Assembly: GCA_002269645.1 (NCBI GenBank)
Contig: NIVC01000469.1
Span: forward strand, 62,001 to 126,000
From: Macrostomum lignano
Taxonomy: Eukaryota
Direction: 5' to 3'
Length of the DNA: 64,000 bases
Under the pieces are notes generated by a model, which saw nothing but the letters and a program-made list of their open reading frames with translations, did no database searches and was not told the DNA's origin. The position numbers and the translations under genes were made by a program. Positions 23,785 through 46,943 of this stretch are shown here, piece by piece. Numbering within the stretch: position 1 is the first letter of the stretch; every line of letters begins with the position of its first letter.

Positions 23785-23945
23785 GACTCGAAATCCCATA
23801 TCTCACATTGCCAATAGCTAGGGAACAAAGACTCGAAATCCCATATCTCACATTGCCGTTAGCAAGGGAACAAAGACTCGAAATCCCATATCTCACATTG
23901 CCGCTAGCTAGGGAACAAAGACTCGAAATCCCATATATCACATTG
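23785..23945. repeat. 45-bp tandem repeat, ~3.5 copies, between NOM1 and MCM9
   Basis: gactcgaaatcccatatctcacattgcc...gggaacaaa units. Confidence 0.9.
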
Positions 23946-24049
23946 TAGGCAATAAAGAATCAAAATTCCGATCCACCTACACTTCCAACACTTAGTGTAC
24001 AAAGACCCGCAGTGTACAAAGACCCCCATCGTCAAAAACTGCTCCGCAG

Positions 24050-27000
24050 TCGCAGCAGTCAGCCGCTCGGACGGTCGACCCCGATGTCGCCGCGGCGACC
24101 GCGTCCTTCCAAGCTTACTTGGTTCGCACCCACGCCAGCGACCTGCGCGACATCCTCGCCGACTCGGGGCCGCCTGACTCGCACCGCTCCGTGCGCCTGC
24201 ACGGCCATTCGTTGAACGACTCGATGCCCGACCTCCTGGCCACCCTGCTGCTCAGCCCGCTCCGCCTGCTGCCCGCCATGGACGCCGCTCTGTCGGCCGC
24301 CTGTCGCCAGTTGATGTCGGAGGCTGCGGACGAACTGAAAGCCGACTGGACCATCAAAACCAATGTCCACGCCCGGCTCATTGACCTGCCTCGCATCCCT
24401 GAGTATCATCGCAGCCGCATACCGACCTCCGCCGATGTCGGCAGGTACATCTGCTTCGTTGGCACTGTGGTCCGCCGGACGGAGAACAAGCTGGTTGAGC
24501 ACGAGCGGCGATTCGAGTGCGCCCGTTGTAGACGGCGCTTCGCCGTCCCGGCGGAGTTCGAGCGGCATTTTGCCATCGAGCCGCCGAAGCGATGCCCGCT
24601 GGCCGACTGCGGCAGCCTCAGCGTTCGCCAGTGCGAAGAGGAGACGCCCAGGTGCTCCAACTACCAGGAGATGCGGGTGCAGGAGCAGCCCCAGCGCCTG
24701 CCCGTTGGCGCCGTGCCGCGTAGCGTTCTGGTGAGCGGGGCCGGGGATTTGAGGTTGAGCAGGGATTATAGGTTTTAGTAGGGATTTTAGGGTTGAGCAG
24801 GGATTTTAGGGTTGAGTAGGGATTTTAGGGTTGAGCAGGGGTTTTAGGGTTGAGTAGGGATTTTAGGGTTGAGTGGGGATTTTAGTGTTGAGTAGGGATT
24901 TTAGAGTTTAGTAGGGATTTTAGCGTTGAGTAGGGATTTTAGGGTTGAGTAGGGATTTTAGTGTTAAGCAGGGATTTTAGGGTTGAGTAGGGATTTTAGG
25001 GTTGAGCAGGGATTTTAGTGTTGAGTAGGGATTTTAGGGTTGAGTAGGGATTATAGGGTTGAGTAGGGATTTTAGGGTTGAGTAGGGATTTTAGCGTTGA
25101 GTAGGGATTTTAGAGTTGAGCAGGGATTATAGGGTTGAGTAAGGATTATAGGGTTGAGTAGGGATTTTAGATTTGAGCAGGGATTTTCGGGTTGAGTAGG
25201 GATTTTAGAGTTGAGTAGGAATTTTAGGGTTGAGTAGGGATTTTAGGGTTGAGCAGGGATTTTTTACTTGAGTTGAGTAGCAGAGATTAGGATGTTACGG
25301 ATTTGGGGTAAAATAGGATCGGATTATCATTTGGGATCATATAGGAATATGAGCATGTGTACAACTCTCTTAAATGGCAGCATTCGACCCGAAAGCCATC
25401 TCAAACCCCAAATCCCGGCAGGTGTGTCTCGAGCACGACCTTGTCGACGCCTGTCAGCCAGGCGAGGACGTCCAGCTGTTCGGCGTTGTGCTGCGCCGCT
25501 GGCAGACGCTGCTGCCCGGCCAGCCGGCCGAGTGCGACCTCGTGCTGCGCTGCTGCGCGCTGGAGGAGAGCCTTGGCGCCCAGCGCAGCTGCCAGCTGGT
25601 CACCAACGAGAGGCGCAAGGAGTTCCACGACTACTGGGCCTCCGCTGGTCAGCCTGGGCTGCAGGGGGCTGCTGCTCTGATTCCCCATGCGGTCACCTGC
25701 TCTGATTCCCCATGCGGTCACCTGCTCTGATTCCCCATGCGGTCACCTGCTCTGATTCCCCCTGCTGTCACCTCTGATTCCCCATGCTGTCACCTGTTCT
25801 GATTCCCCCTGCTGTCACCTGTTCTAATTCCCCATGCTGTCACCTGCTCTGATTCCCCCTGCTGTCACCTGTTCTGTTCCCCCCCTGTTGTCACCTGCTC
25901 TGATCCCCCTGCTGTCACCTGTTCTAATTCCCCATGCTGTCACCTGCTCTGATCCCCCTGCTGTCACCTGTTCTAATTCCCCATGCTGTCACCTGCTCTG
26001 ATTCCCCCTGCTATCACCTGTTCTGATTCCCCCTGCTGTCACCTGTTCTGATTCCCCATGCTGTCACCTGTTCTGATTCCCCCTGCTGTCACCTGTTCTG
26101 TTCCCCCCCCCCCTGTTGTCACCTGCTCTGATCCCCCCCTGCTGTCACCTGTTCTGATTCCCCATGCGGTCACTTGCTCTGATTCCCCATGCTGTCACTC
26201 CAATTCCCTACTGTCACAATTCCCTGCTGTCACAATTCCTTGCTGTCACAAAACCCTGCTGTCACTCTAATTCCCTGCTGAAACAATTCCCTGCTGTCAC
26301 AATTCCCATACCTGTCAACTACATGTGGTTCCTAACTTCCCCTTCCCCCACTACAGGCGACCAGCCGCTGCTGGCCCGGGATCGAATCCTGGCCGGCATA
26401 TGCCCGCAGCTGTGCGGCCTCCGTCTGGCCAAGCTGGCCGTCGCCCTCACCCTGGCCGGCGGTGTCCAGAAGTCCACCGAGAGCGGGCACCGGACCCGAG
26501 GCCAGCCGCACCTGCTGCTAATTGGCGATCCGGGCACCGGCAAGTCGCAGTTCCTGCGCTTTGCCAGCCGCCTCGCCAGCCGCTCGGTGCTCACCACCGG
26601 AGTCGGCAGCAGCGCCGCCGGCCTGACCGCCGCCGCAGTTCGCGAAGGCGGCCAGTGGGCCCTGGAGGCCGGAGCTCTCGTGCTTGCCGACGGCGGAGTC
26701 TGCTGCATTGACGAGTTCAACTCCGTTGGCGAGCGGGACCGGACCTGCATTCACGAGGCCATGGAGCAGCAGACCCTGTCCGTGGCCAAGGCCGGCCTGG
26801 TGTGCAAGCTCAACACCCGCTGCTCCGTGCTGGCCGCCACCAACCCGCACGGCAAGCTGGACACCGGCCAGAGCCTCAGCGTCAACACCAACCTGGCCAG
26901 CCCGCTGCTCAGCCGCTTCGACCTCGTGCTGGTCATGCTGGATAGGGGCGACCCGGCCTGGGATGCCGCCGTGTCTGAGCACGTGCTCAAGGCCCTTATC

Positions 27001-29319
27001 GAGCGGTGCGCCCCGTTCTTTTATAGGGATTTGATTGGGATAATTGTTGTTTGATAAGGAATGGAGATTGGGATTAAACACGGTTGGGGATTGGGATTAG
27101 ACACCGGATGGGGATCGGGATTAGACACGGGATGAGAATTGGGATTAAACACGGGATGGGGATTGGGATTATACATGGAGTGGGGATTGGGATTATACAC
27201 GGAGTGGGGATTGGGATTAGACACGGGATGAGAATTGGGATTAGACACGGGATGGGGAATTGCATTAGACACGTAGTGGGGATTGGGATTAGACACGGGA
27301 GGGGGATCGGGATTAGACACGGAGTGGGGATTGGGATTAGACACGGGATGGGGAATGGGATTAGACACGGAGTTGGGATTGGGATTAGACACGGAGTTGG
27401 GATTGGGATTAGACACGGGATGGGGATTGGGATTAGACACGGAGTTGGGATTGGGATTAGACACGGAGTGGGGAATGGGGTTAGACACGGAGTGGGGATT
27501 GGGATTAGACAGGGGAGGGGGATTGGGATTAGACACGGGATGAGGATTGGGATTAGACACGGGATGGGGATTGGGATTATACACGGGATGGGGATTGGGA
27601 TTAGACACGGGATGGGGATTGGGATTAGACACGGGATGGGGATTGTGATTAGACACGGAATGGGGATCGGGATTAGACACGGGATGGTGATTTGAGATTG
27701 CTATTGCGCTACTAGATAGAAATTGAAAAGCTGTTGGGGATTTTGGAATCTTCAACTTCCCTTTATTTCACCGCTTCAGCGACGACCCCGAAGATTCCGA
27801 GGACTCGAACGATTTGCCGGTCAACGACAAGGAGAACGCGCCGACATTGGCGCCGGCAGCGAGTGAACCCCAGCAGCAGCAGCGGCGGCAGCCAGTGTGG
27901 AACCTGGAGCGCCTGCAGGCCTACTTTGCGTACGCTCGCAGCATCAACCCGACCATCGGAGCCGAGGCCGGCGCCGTACTGACCGCTTACTATCAGCGCC
28001 AGCGGGCGGCCACGACGCCGGATCAACTTGGCGCCGATCGTAGCGCCGCGCGGACAACCACACGCCTATTGGAGAGCTGCATCCGGCTGGCCGAAGCTCA
28101 CGCCAGGCTGATGCTCAGGCCGACTGTCAGCCTGCTGGACGCGCTCATGGCCGTCTCGGTTGTTGAAGCCTCCATGGTCGGCGCCGCTCTGGTTCCAGGA
28201 AATGGCAGAGGCGGCGGCGTGGGTATCGGGCCGCTAGCCAGCTTCCCGGAGCAGCCGGATGCCGAGTTTGCTCAGGAGGCCCGCCAGCTGCTGGCCGCAC
28301 TCGGGCTGCACCGTCTGCTAGCGTCCGCCGTCGACGGAGAAGTCGGAACTATGATCGGTGACGCTATCGACGCTGCGTCGGTGATAAATTTGTCTCCGCC
28401 GGGCGGTCGGCCGGTTCTGGCGCTGTCGCGTCAAGAGTTCCGCGCCGGCGAGAAGTCGCGCCTGGCCTCCTCGGCATCGTCGGCTTCGCCGGCAAAGCGT
28501 CGCCGCACGATTGTCGATGACGTCGACAACAATGACGAGGACAACGACAAGCAAAAATGGGAAAACGCCAAGTCGTCGCTAGCAGTTGACAATGTCGCCA
28601 ATACTCTCGTTCAATCGATTTCTTCAGCGTCTAGCGCCGCATTGCAGTTCGACATTCAGACTGACTGGTTTCAGGCTGGGCAGAATAGCGACGGAGTTTC
28701 CAATCCTCCGGCCACTTCCGTTCCGGCCACTTCCGGTCCGGCCACTTCCGGTCGGGCTACTTCCGGCCCGTCTACTTCCGGTCTGGGTACTTCCGGTTCG
28801 AAGGCTTCTAACGCGTTTTGTCCAATATTTTCCATTGACGATTTTGACATTCCCGACGTTATTGACAACCTGGAGACGCCGAAGGAGGCCGTCAGCGGCA
28901 AAACAGCGGCTGTCGTTGCCATGGATACCAACCAGACTCAGCCGGAGAACTCTGGCAGGCTCTCCGGCGCCCCGATGCTGCCGCCGCCACCACCAGCGGC
29001 CGCCATCACCAATAGTCAGCAGCCGAGTCAGAGGTTTGCGTTCAAGCGGCTGTCCGCTGTGCCAACGACGTCTTCGTCAACGGCTTCTGCAGGCGGCGGC
29101 GGCAGCGGTCTTTCAAGCCGTCCGCTTGCTCAGGGCACAATGGCCAAGTTGAGGGCTTTCGAATGCTCCCAAGATCCGCGAAAAACCGCCCCCAAATCCG
29201 CCCCTAAATCCGCTCCCGAATCCGCCCCCAAATCCGCTCTAGATGCTCCCGCCGAGGCCAGTGCGGCTGAACTGTTCAGCATCGACGAACTGCTCAACGA
29301 GTCAGATTTTGATTTGTAG
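24050..29319 (+). CDS. MCM9: MCM9 helicase (join ~24050..24730, 25422..25647, 26357..27005, 27780..29319; ~1030 aa; start codon not found in the genomic sequence)
   Basis: N-terminal, OB and Zn-finger regions; [21 protein letters not shown]; Walker [10 protein letters not shown]; Walker B CCIDEF; HEAMEQQT; Arg finger LLSRFD; [21 protein letters not shown]. Phases 0/1/2 are consistent; total 3096 nt. Confidence 0.95.
24750..25300. repeat. 19-bp minisatellite (gggattttagggttgagta) in MCM9 intron 1
   Basis: Directly visible; contains TTAGGG. Confidence 0.93.
25675..26320. repeat. 25-bp minisatellite (ctgctctgattccccatgcggtcac) in MCM9 intron 2
   Basis: Directly visible; degenerates toward the 3' end. 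Confidence 0.92.
27060..27700. repeat. 24-bp minisatellite (gggattgggattagacacgggatg) in MCM9 intron 3
   Basis: 8-aa periodic translation GIGIRHGM. Confidence 0.95.
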
Positions 29320-29512
29320 TTGCATTTCCCTAATAGATATAAGTACATGTACTTATATGTTTTCCATATCAGTCAGTGTTTCGCTCTTTTTTTGCTGTTA
29401 CTTCAAAGCGGGGCCACCCAGTTTTGCTCTGCATGCTTTTTTGAAGCTAATTAATTTCAAGCAATTCATTTCTGTCTTTCTTTTGAAAGCAGCACTTTTA
29501 TTTTTCGGTTGT

Positions 29513-29518
29513 AATAAA
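29513..29518 (+). terminator. Probable MCM9 polyadenylation signal
   Basis: AATAAA ~195 nt after the stop, followed by a T-rich tract. Confidence 0.55.
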
Positions 29519-29599
29519 GCTTATTGGTCTTCCTCTTTTTTGCTTTGCTGTTTTCTATAACGAGAGTCTTTCCTTTTATCTGACCCTATCTCAGCACTA

Positions 29600-30318
29600 T
29601 TCGTGTCCTTCTATATATCTCCCATTCTATCCCCTCATCTCCCACTCTATCCCTTCATATCACACTGATCTATCCCCTCATCTCCCATTCCATCCCCCAT
29701 CTCCCACTCTATCCCCTCATCTCCCACTGATCTATCCCCTCATCTCCCATTCCATCCCCCATCTCCCACTCTATCCCCTCATCTCCCATTCTATCCCCTC
29801 ATCTCCCATTCTATCCCCTCATCTCCCACTGATCTATCCCTCATCTCCCATTCCATCCCCCATCTCCCACTCTATCCCCTCATCTCCCGTTCTATCCCTC
29901 ATCTCCCATATCCCCTCATCTCCCACTGATCTATCCCCTCATCTCCCATTCCATCCCCCATCTCCCACTCTATCCCCTCATCTCGCATTCTATCCCTCAT
30001 CTCCCACTCTATCCCCTCATCTCCCATTCCATCCCCCATCTCCCACTCTATCCCCTCATCTCGCATTCTATCTCCTCATCTCCCACTCTATCCCCTCATC
30101 TCGCATTCTATCCCCTCATCTCCCACTCTATCCCCTCATCTCCCACTGATCTATCCCCTCATCTCCCATTCCATCCCCCATCTCCCACTCTATCCCCTCA
30201 TCTCGCATTCTATATCCTCATCTCCCACTCTATCCCCTCATCTCGCATTCTATCTCCTCATCTCCCACTCTATCCCCTCATCTCGCATTCTATCTCCTCA
30301 TCACCCACTCTATCCCCT
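29600..30318. repeat. ~20-bp pyrimidine-rich minisatellite (tatcccctcatctcccactc) between MCM9 and Cables
   Basis: Directly visible. Confidence 0.95.
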
Positions 30319-30362
30319 GATGCATCAGCGCCAACTCCGGCCCCTTTTCACTTCTGCTGAAG

Positions 30363-42196
<11,834 letters not shown>

Positions 42197-42516
42197 TCTG
42201 GCAACAGGCTATTGATTATTGGCCTGGCGTGAATTTTGCGTGCTATGACCGGGTGCCTATGGTAGTCTATGGTAGATGTGGATGGAGCCTCACGGTCTAG
42301 CATAAATCCGTGCAAATACCTGAAATAAACAATTTAACCACAGACTGCTGCACCAGTGCAACTGGGGGATACATCCGATCTCTCTCTCGCCACTCATAAT
42401 CCATAAATTTAGTGCAGTCTGTGGCTCAGCTCTCTAGCCCATTAGGGAATCAGAAGCAAACTTGGACCATAGACATTCATTGAACATTCGTCTTTTGAAA
42501 GCAATATAAAAATTTT

Positions 42517-42815
42517 TTAATAATAATAATTGATTACACCTGGCCCTAATGGCCAGGTGTGCAACCGACAGCTCAGCCGCAGCTATTGCGCGGCGCATCT
42601 GAAGGCTGCGTACGGCTGTTCAGTCCAAGGACTGGGGGGTCGCCACACACACCCTCAATTACCCCAGCTAATGCTGGCACCCATTTTACAGCTGGGTGAA
42701 CTGAAGCAATGCAGAGTTAAGTGTCTTGCTCAAGGACACAAATTGTTCCTGGTTGGATCGGGAATCGAACCCCCGACGTTTCAGTAGTGAGTCCGACACT
42801 CTAACCACTATCTAT
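42517..42815 (-). mobile_element. tRNA-derived CORE-SINE (MIR-like), near full length
   Basis: Minus strand has A box TAGTGGTTAGAG (42799-42810), B box GGTTCGATTCC (42761-42771), a CORE-like block 42680-42740 (cccattttacag...gttaagtgtcttgctcaaggacaca on +) and an (ATT)n tail. A second copy is at 15383-15547. Confidence 0.85.
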
Positions 42816-43227
42816 CTATCTATGGGCTGGTGAGGAGAGACTGGATAGTTATGGCTAGAGTTGGATGTAAAACTGCCACTCGTTCATATCGACACTACAC
42901 GAGCTTAATAGATTTATTGATTTTTCGTTAGTTGCTATCTAGCTGACACTTTGCCTTGCCCTCTTGTACATGTATTCTTAAAATATCTCTGATTCGCCAC
43001 TGAGACCACCAGTTAGTTGTTGACCGTTTTTATTTCTTTTCTCTGATAGATCTTTATTTGTGTTGTTTTGCAGTGTATTTGTCATTCGGATTTTCTACTC
43101 TTAATAATATTGTGCACCTGTTTGCTCCGGCTCTGCTATAAACATTTATATTTGGTTTTATTAACCTGTTCTATAAACTGGCTGACTTCATGTGCTTTAG
43201 TGCTTTATGAGTCATTCATTTGCTTGC

Positions 43228-44082
43228 CTTAGCAACTGGACCCTCCCTTCCGCTTAGCAACTGGACCCTCCCTTCCGCTTAGCAACTGGACCCTCCCTTC
43301 CGCTTAGCAACTGGACCCTTCCTTCCGCTTAGCAATTGGACCCTCCCTTCCGCTTAGCAACTGGACCCTCCCTTCCGCTTAGCAACTGGACCCTCCCTTC
43401 CGCTTAGCAACTGGACCCTCCCTTCCGCTTAGCAACTGGACCTTCCGCTTAGCAACTGGACCCTCCCTTCCGCTTAGCAACTGGACCCTCCCTTCCGCTT
43501 AGCAACTGGACCCTCCCTTCCGCTTAGCAACTGGACCATCACTCCGCTTAGCAACTGGACCCTCCCGCTTAGCAACTGGACCATCCCTTCCGCTTAGCAA
43601 CTGGACCCTCCCTTCCGCTTAGCAACTGGACCCTCCCTTCCGCTTAGCAACTGGACCCTCCCTTCCGCTTAGCAACTGGACCCTCCCTTCCGCTTAGCAA
43701 CTAGACCCTCCCTTCCGCTTAGCAACTGGACCCTCCCTTCCGCTTAGCAACTGGACCCTCCCTTCCGCTTAGCAACTGGACCCTTCCTTCCGCTTAGCAA
43801 CTGGACCCTCCCTTCCGCTTAGCAACTGGACCCTCCCTTCCGCTTAGCAACTGGACCCTTCCTTCCGCTTAGCAACTGGACCCTCCTTCTCTTCCACTTA
43901 GCAACTGAACCATCCCTCCGCTTAGCAACTGGACCATCCCCTCCGCTTAGCAACTGAACCATCCCTCCGCTTAGAAACTGGACCCTCCCTTCCGCTTAGC
44001 AACTGAACCATCCCTCCGCTTAGAAACTGGACCCTCCCTTCCGCTTAGCAACTGAACCATCCCTCCGCTTAGCAACTGGATT
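43228..44082. repeat. 25-bp minisatellite (ttagcaactggaccctcccttccgc)
   Basis: Directly visible. Confidence 0.95.
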
Positions 44083-44357
44083 TCGCACTCCAGCTAACAA
44101 CTAAGCTAGCTCGTACAGAAGCAGAAAATTTCGATCGAAAGTTGGATAAAATTCTGCAAAGGAAATTGCTCTCATGTTGTCCAGGCTTCAGTCTCTGTAA
44201 TAATTGGAAATATAAGCTAGAAGCATGAATTGATTTCTAGCGAGACAAGCCAATCAGGGTTTTTCTTGCGTGATTAAAAGCTAATTAAAAATTCATGAGT
44301 CAGTGCAAATCACTGTCTGGCGGGGTTCGTAGAGGCTTCTCTAAATTTTTACTCTTC

Positions 44358-45022
44358 TTGGGGAGATGCAGATAAGAGAGGGGAGATGCAGATAAGAGAG
44401 TTGGAGATGCAGATAAGAGAGTTGGAGATGCAGATAAGAGAGTGGAGATGCAGATAAGAGAGTGGAGATGCAGATAAAGAGAGTTGGAGATGCAGATAAG
44501 AGAGTGGAGATGCAGATAAGAGAGTGGAGATGCAGATAAAGAGAGTTGGAGATGCAGATAGAGAGTTGGAGATGCAGATAAGAGAGTTGGAGATGCAGAT
44601 AAGAGAGTGGAGATGCAGATAAGAGAGTGGAGATGCAGATAAGAGAGTTGGAGATGCAGATAAGAGAGTGGAGATGCAGATAAGAGAGTGGAGATGCAGA
44701 TAAGACAGTTGGAGATGCAGATAAGAGAGTTGGAGATGCAGATAAGAGAGTTGGAGATGCAGATAAGAGAGTTGGAGATGCAGATAAGAGAGTTGGAGAT
44801 GCAGATAAGAGAGTTGGAGATGCAGATAAGAGAGTTGGAGATGCAGATAAGAGAGTTGGAGATGCAGATAAGAGAGTTGGAGATGCAGATAAGAGAGGGG
44901 AGATGCAGATAAAGAGAGTTGGAGATGCAGATAAGAGAGGGGAGATGCAGATAAGAGAGTTGGAGATGCAGATAAAGAGAGTTGGAGATGCAGATAAAGA
45001 GAGTTGGAGATGCAGATAAGAA
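44358..45022. repeat. 21-bp minisatellite (ggagatgcagataagagagtt)
   Basis: 7-aa periodic translation MQIRELE. Confidence 0.95.
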
Positions 45023-45649
45023 AGTTAACGGTTGAGGACAAAAATTCAATGTGAGCAGGCGCACCAGAGACCGCCATCACCATGTGGCACAACGCCATGT
45101 ACAGAACTGGGTGAAATATCTATTGTACTTGAGCCCGAGTCTGGCCTCATAGCTCAAAGCCGAGTTGGTCCCTCGGCAAGAATTTTTCCATCCCAATGGA
45201 CCTCATCATCTAGGCAGAGAGGCGCCGTCTCCCCATGGGACTGAAATTTTGTTGGGATAGGGCTGGGGCGTATCTAGAATGTGGCTGGCCAGTTGCTGGG
45301 CAAGTTTGCCTACCGCAAATCGAGTTTGCTCCTTTCACTCACTCACTCACTCGCTCATCTCCGGGCTGCAAGTTCCTCGCCCTGATTAACCAGCTCTGAC
45401 CAGATTGCTGGCTAGTCAGTGCCCAGCTTACAGCATGCCCCGTCTCCCCGCCAGATCCTTGATAATCCCAATTTCCTAACTAGGCGAAATCTTCTCTCTC
45501 GGAGCTGCTTTTTGGCTTTGTGATTTGATTTGTAGCCAAACTGTCTTACTGTTTTATTTGCGTTATTTTCCACTGGTTGACTAATAACTGGCTGGCGCTG
45601 TCTGCTGTGAGCAGTCTGGGAGAAAGGGAATCATTTCTCAGAGCGCTTC

Positions 45650-46215
45650 GGATTGGCTATTCATGCGCCTCACATTGGCTATTCATGCGCCTCAGATGGC
45701 TGTTCATGCGCCTCAGATTGGCTATTCATGCGCCTCAGATTGGCTATTCATGCGCCTCAGATTGGCTATTCATGCGCCTCAGATTGGCTATTCATGCGCC
45801 TCAGAAGGTTGAGCTTCCATGTGACTCAGATTGACTATGCAGTAGCCAGTATCCATGCGCCTCAGACTGACTATCCAGTAGCCAGTATCCATGCGCCTCA
45901 GACTGACTATCCAGTAGCCAGTATCCATGCGCCTCAGACTGACTATCCAGTAGCCAGTATCCATGCGCCTCAGACTGACTATCCAGTAGCCAGTATCCAT
46001 GCGCCTCAGACTGACTATCCAGTAGCCAGTATCCATGCGCCTCAGACTGACTATCCAGTAGCCAGTATCCATGCGCCTCAGACTGACTATCCAGTAGCCA
46101 GTATCCATGCGCCTCAGACTGACTATCCAGTAGCCAGTATCCATGCGCCTCAGACTGACTATCCAGTAGCCAGTATCCATGCGCCTCAGAAGGTTGAGCT
46201 TCCATGCGCCTCAGA
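45650..46215. repeat. Compound minisatellite: 22-bp (cagattggctattcatgcgcct) then 36-bp (cagactgactatccagtagccagtatccatgcgcct) units
   Basis: Directly visible; both units share atgcgcctcaga. Confidence 0.93.
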
Positions 46216-46943
46216 CTGAATTTCGATATTTCCGCTCCAATGCAATCATCTGATAAAATTCTCAATCCATATGGCTCCATACCGTTCGATAAAGTGGACA
46301 CTGAATTGATAAAACGCGTTCCTCTCTCATATTCTGGCCAACTAAAAGACAGTCTCGGCCGGCGCCACTTTATAAACTCTCTGGCCACCCGCTCTAATGC
46401 CAGCTTGATTGCTGAGTGGCCAATTATCTCGGGAATTCAGCAGTGGCCTCGATCAGCCTCCAGGGCCTCCTGATCCCTCGCTTAGCATGAGACGATCATG
46501 AACCATGAGAGAGAGAGGCTAGTATACTCGTACTTTTTTAAGTACCGCCGCACTTGAACTCCAGCGTGCTGAAGTCAACGGGAAATGATGGAAGCCTCCT
46601 ATATAGCAAAATCAGAGTGAGGAAAATTTAAAGAACCTTTTAAGGCGGATTAAATGGATCGCGAACTCAGCTAAAGTTTGATTAATGCTAATTTTAACTG
46701 AAGGAGTGTCCCAACTTTGTCGAGAAATTTAACATAGGAAGTGCGTCGTTACTAAACTATATTAGCCTTCCCTCATCGGCTCCTTTTGATTTTCTCACAC
46801 CTCCCTTTGCGGTCGCTGCTTCCGCATTCTCTCGGGCACAGACGCCACGCACATTCAGTAATTGGATAGACCGACGCTGGGACACCAAGGCAACTAAGTA
46901 GGCTGGAAGCCAACACATCCGCTACTAAAACACTCCGATAGAC

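Noticed and set aside
26986-27000. GC donor after HVLK in MCM9 exon 3
   Set aside because: AAG|GCCCTT has a poor consensus. GT at 27006 (CG|GTGCGC) is phase-consistent with the acceptor at 27779.
45055-45116. Possible first coding exon (caccATG, MWHNAMYRTG, then GTGAAA)
   Set aside because: No recognisable homology and no downstream exon could be linked; too short to support.
46204-46473. Non-repetitive ORFs on both strands next to the satellite
   Set aside because: No recognisable domain, no coding-like GC bias comparable to the real exons, and no convincing splice pair.
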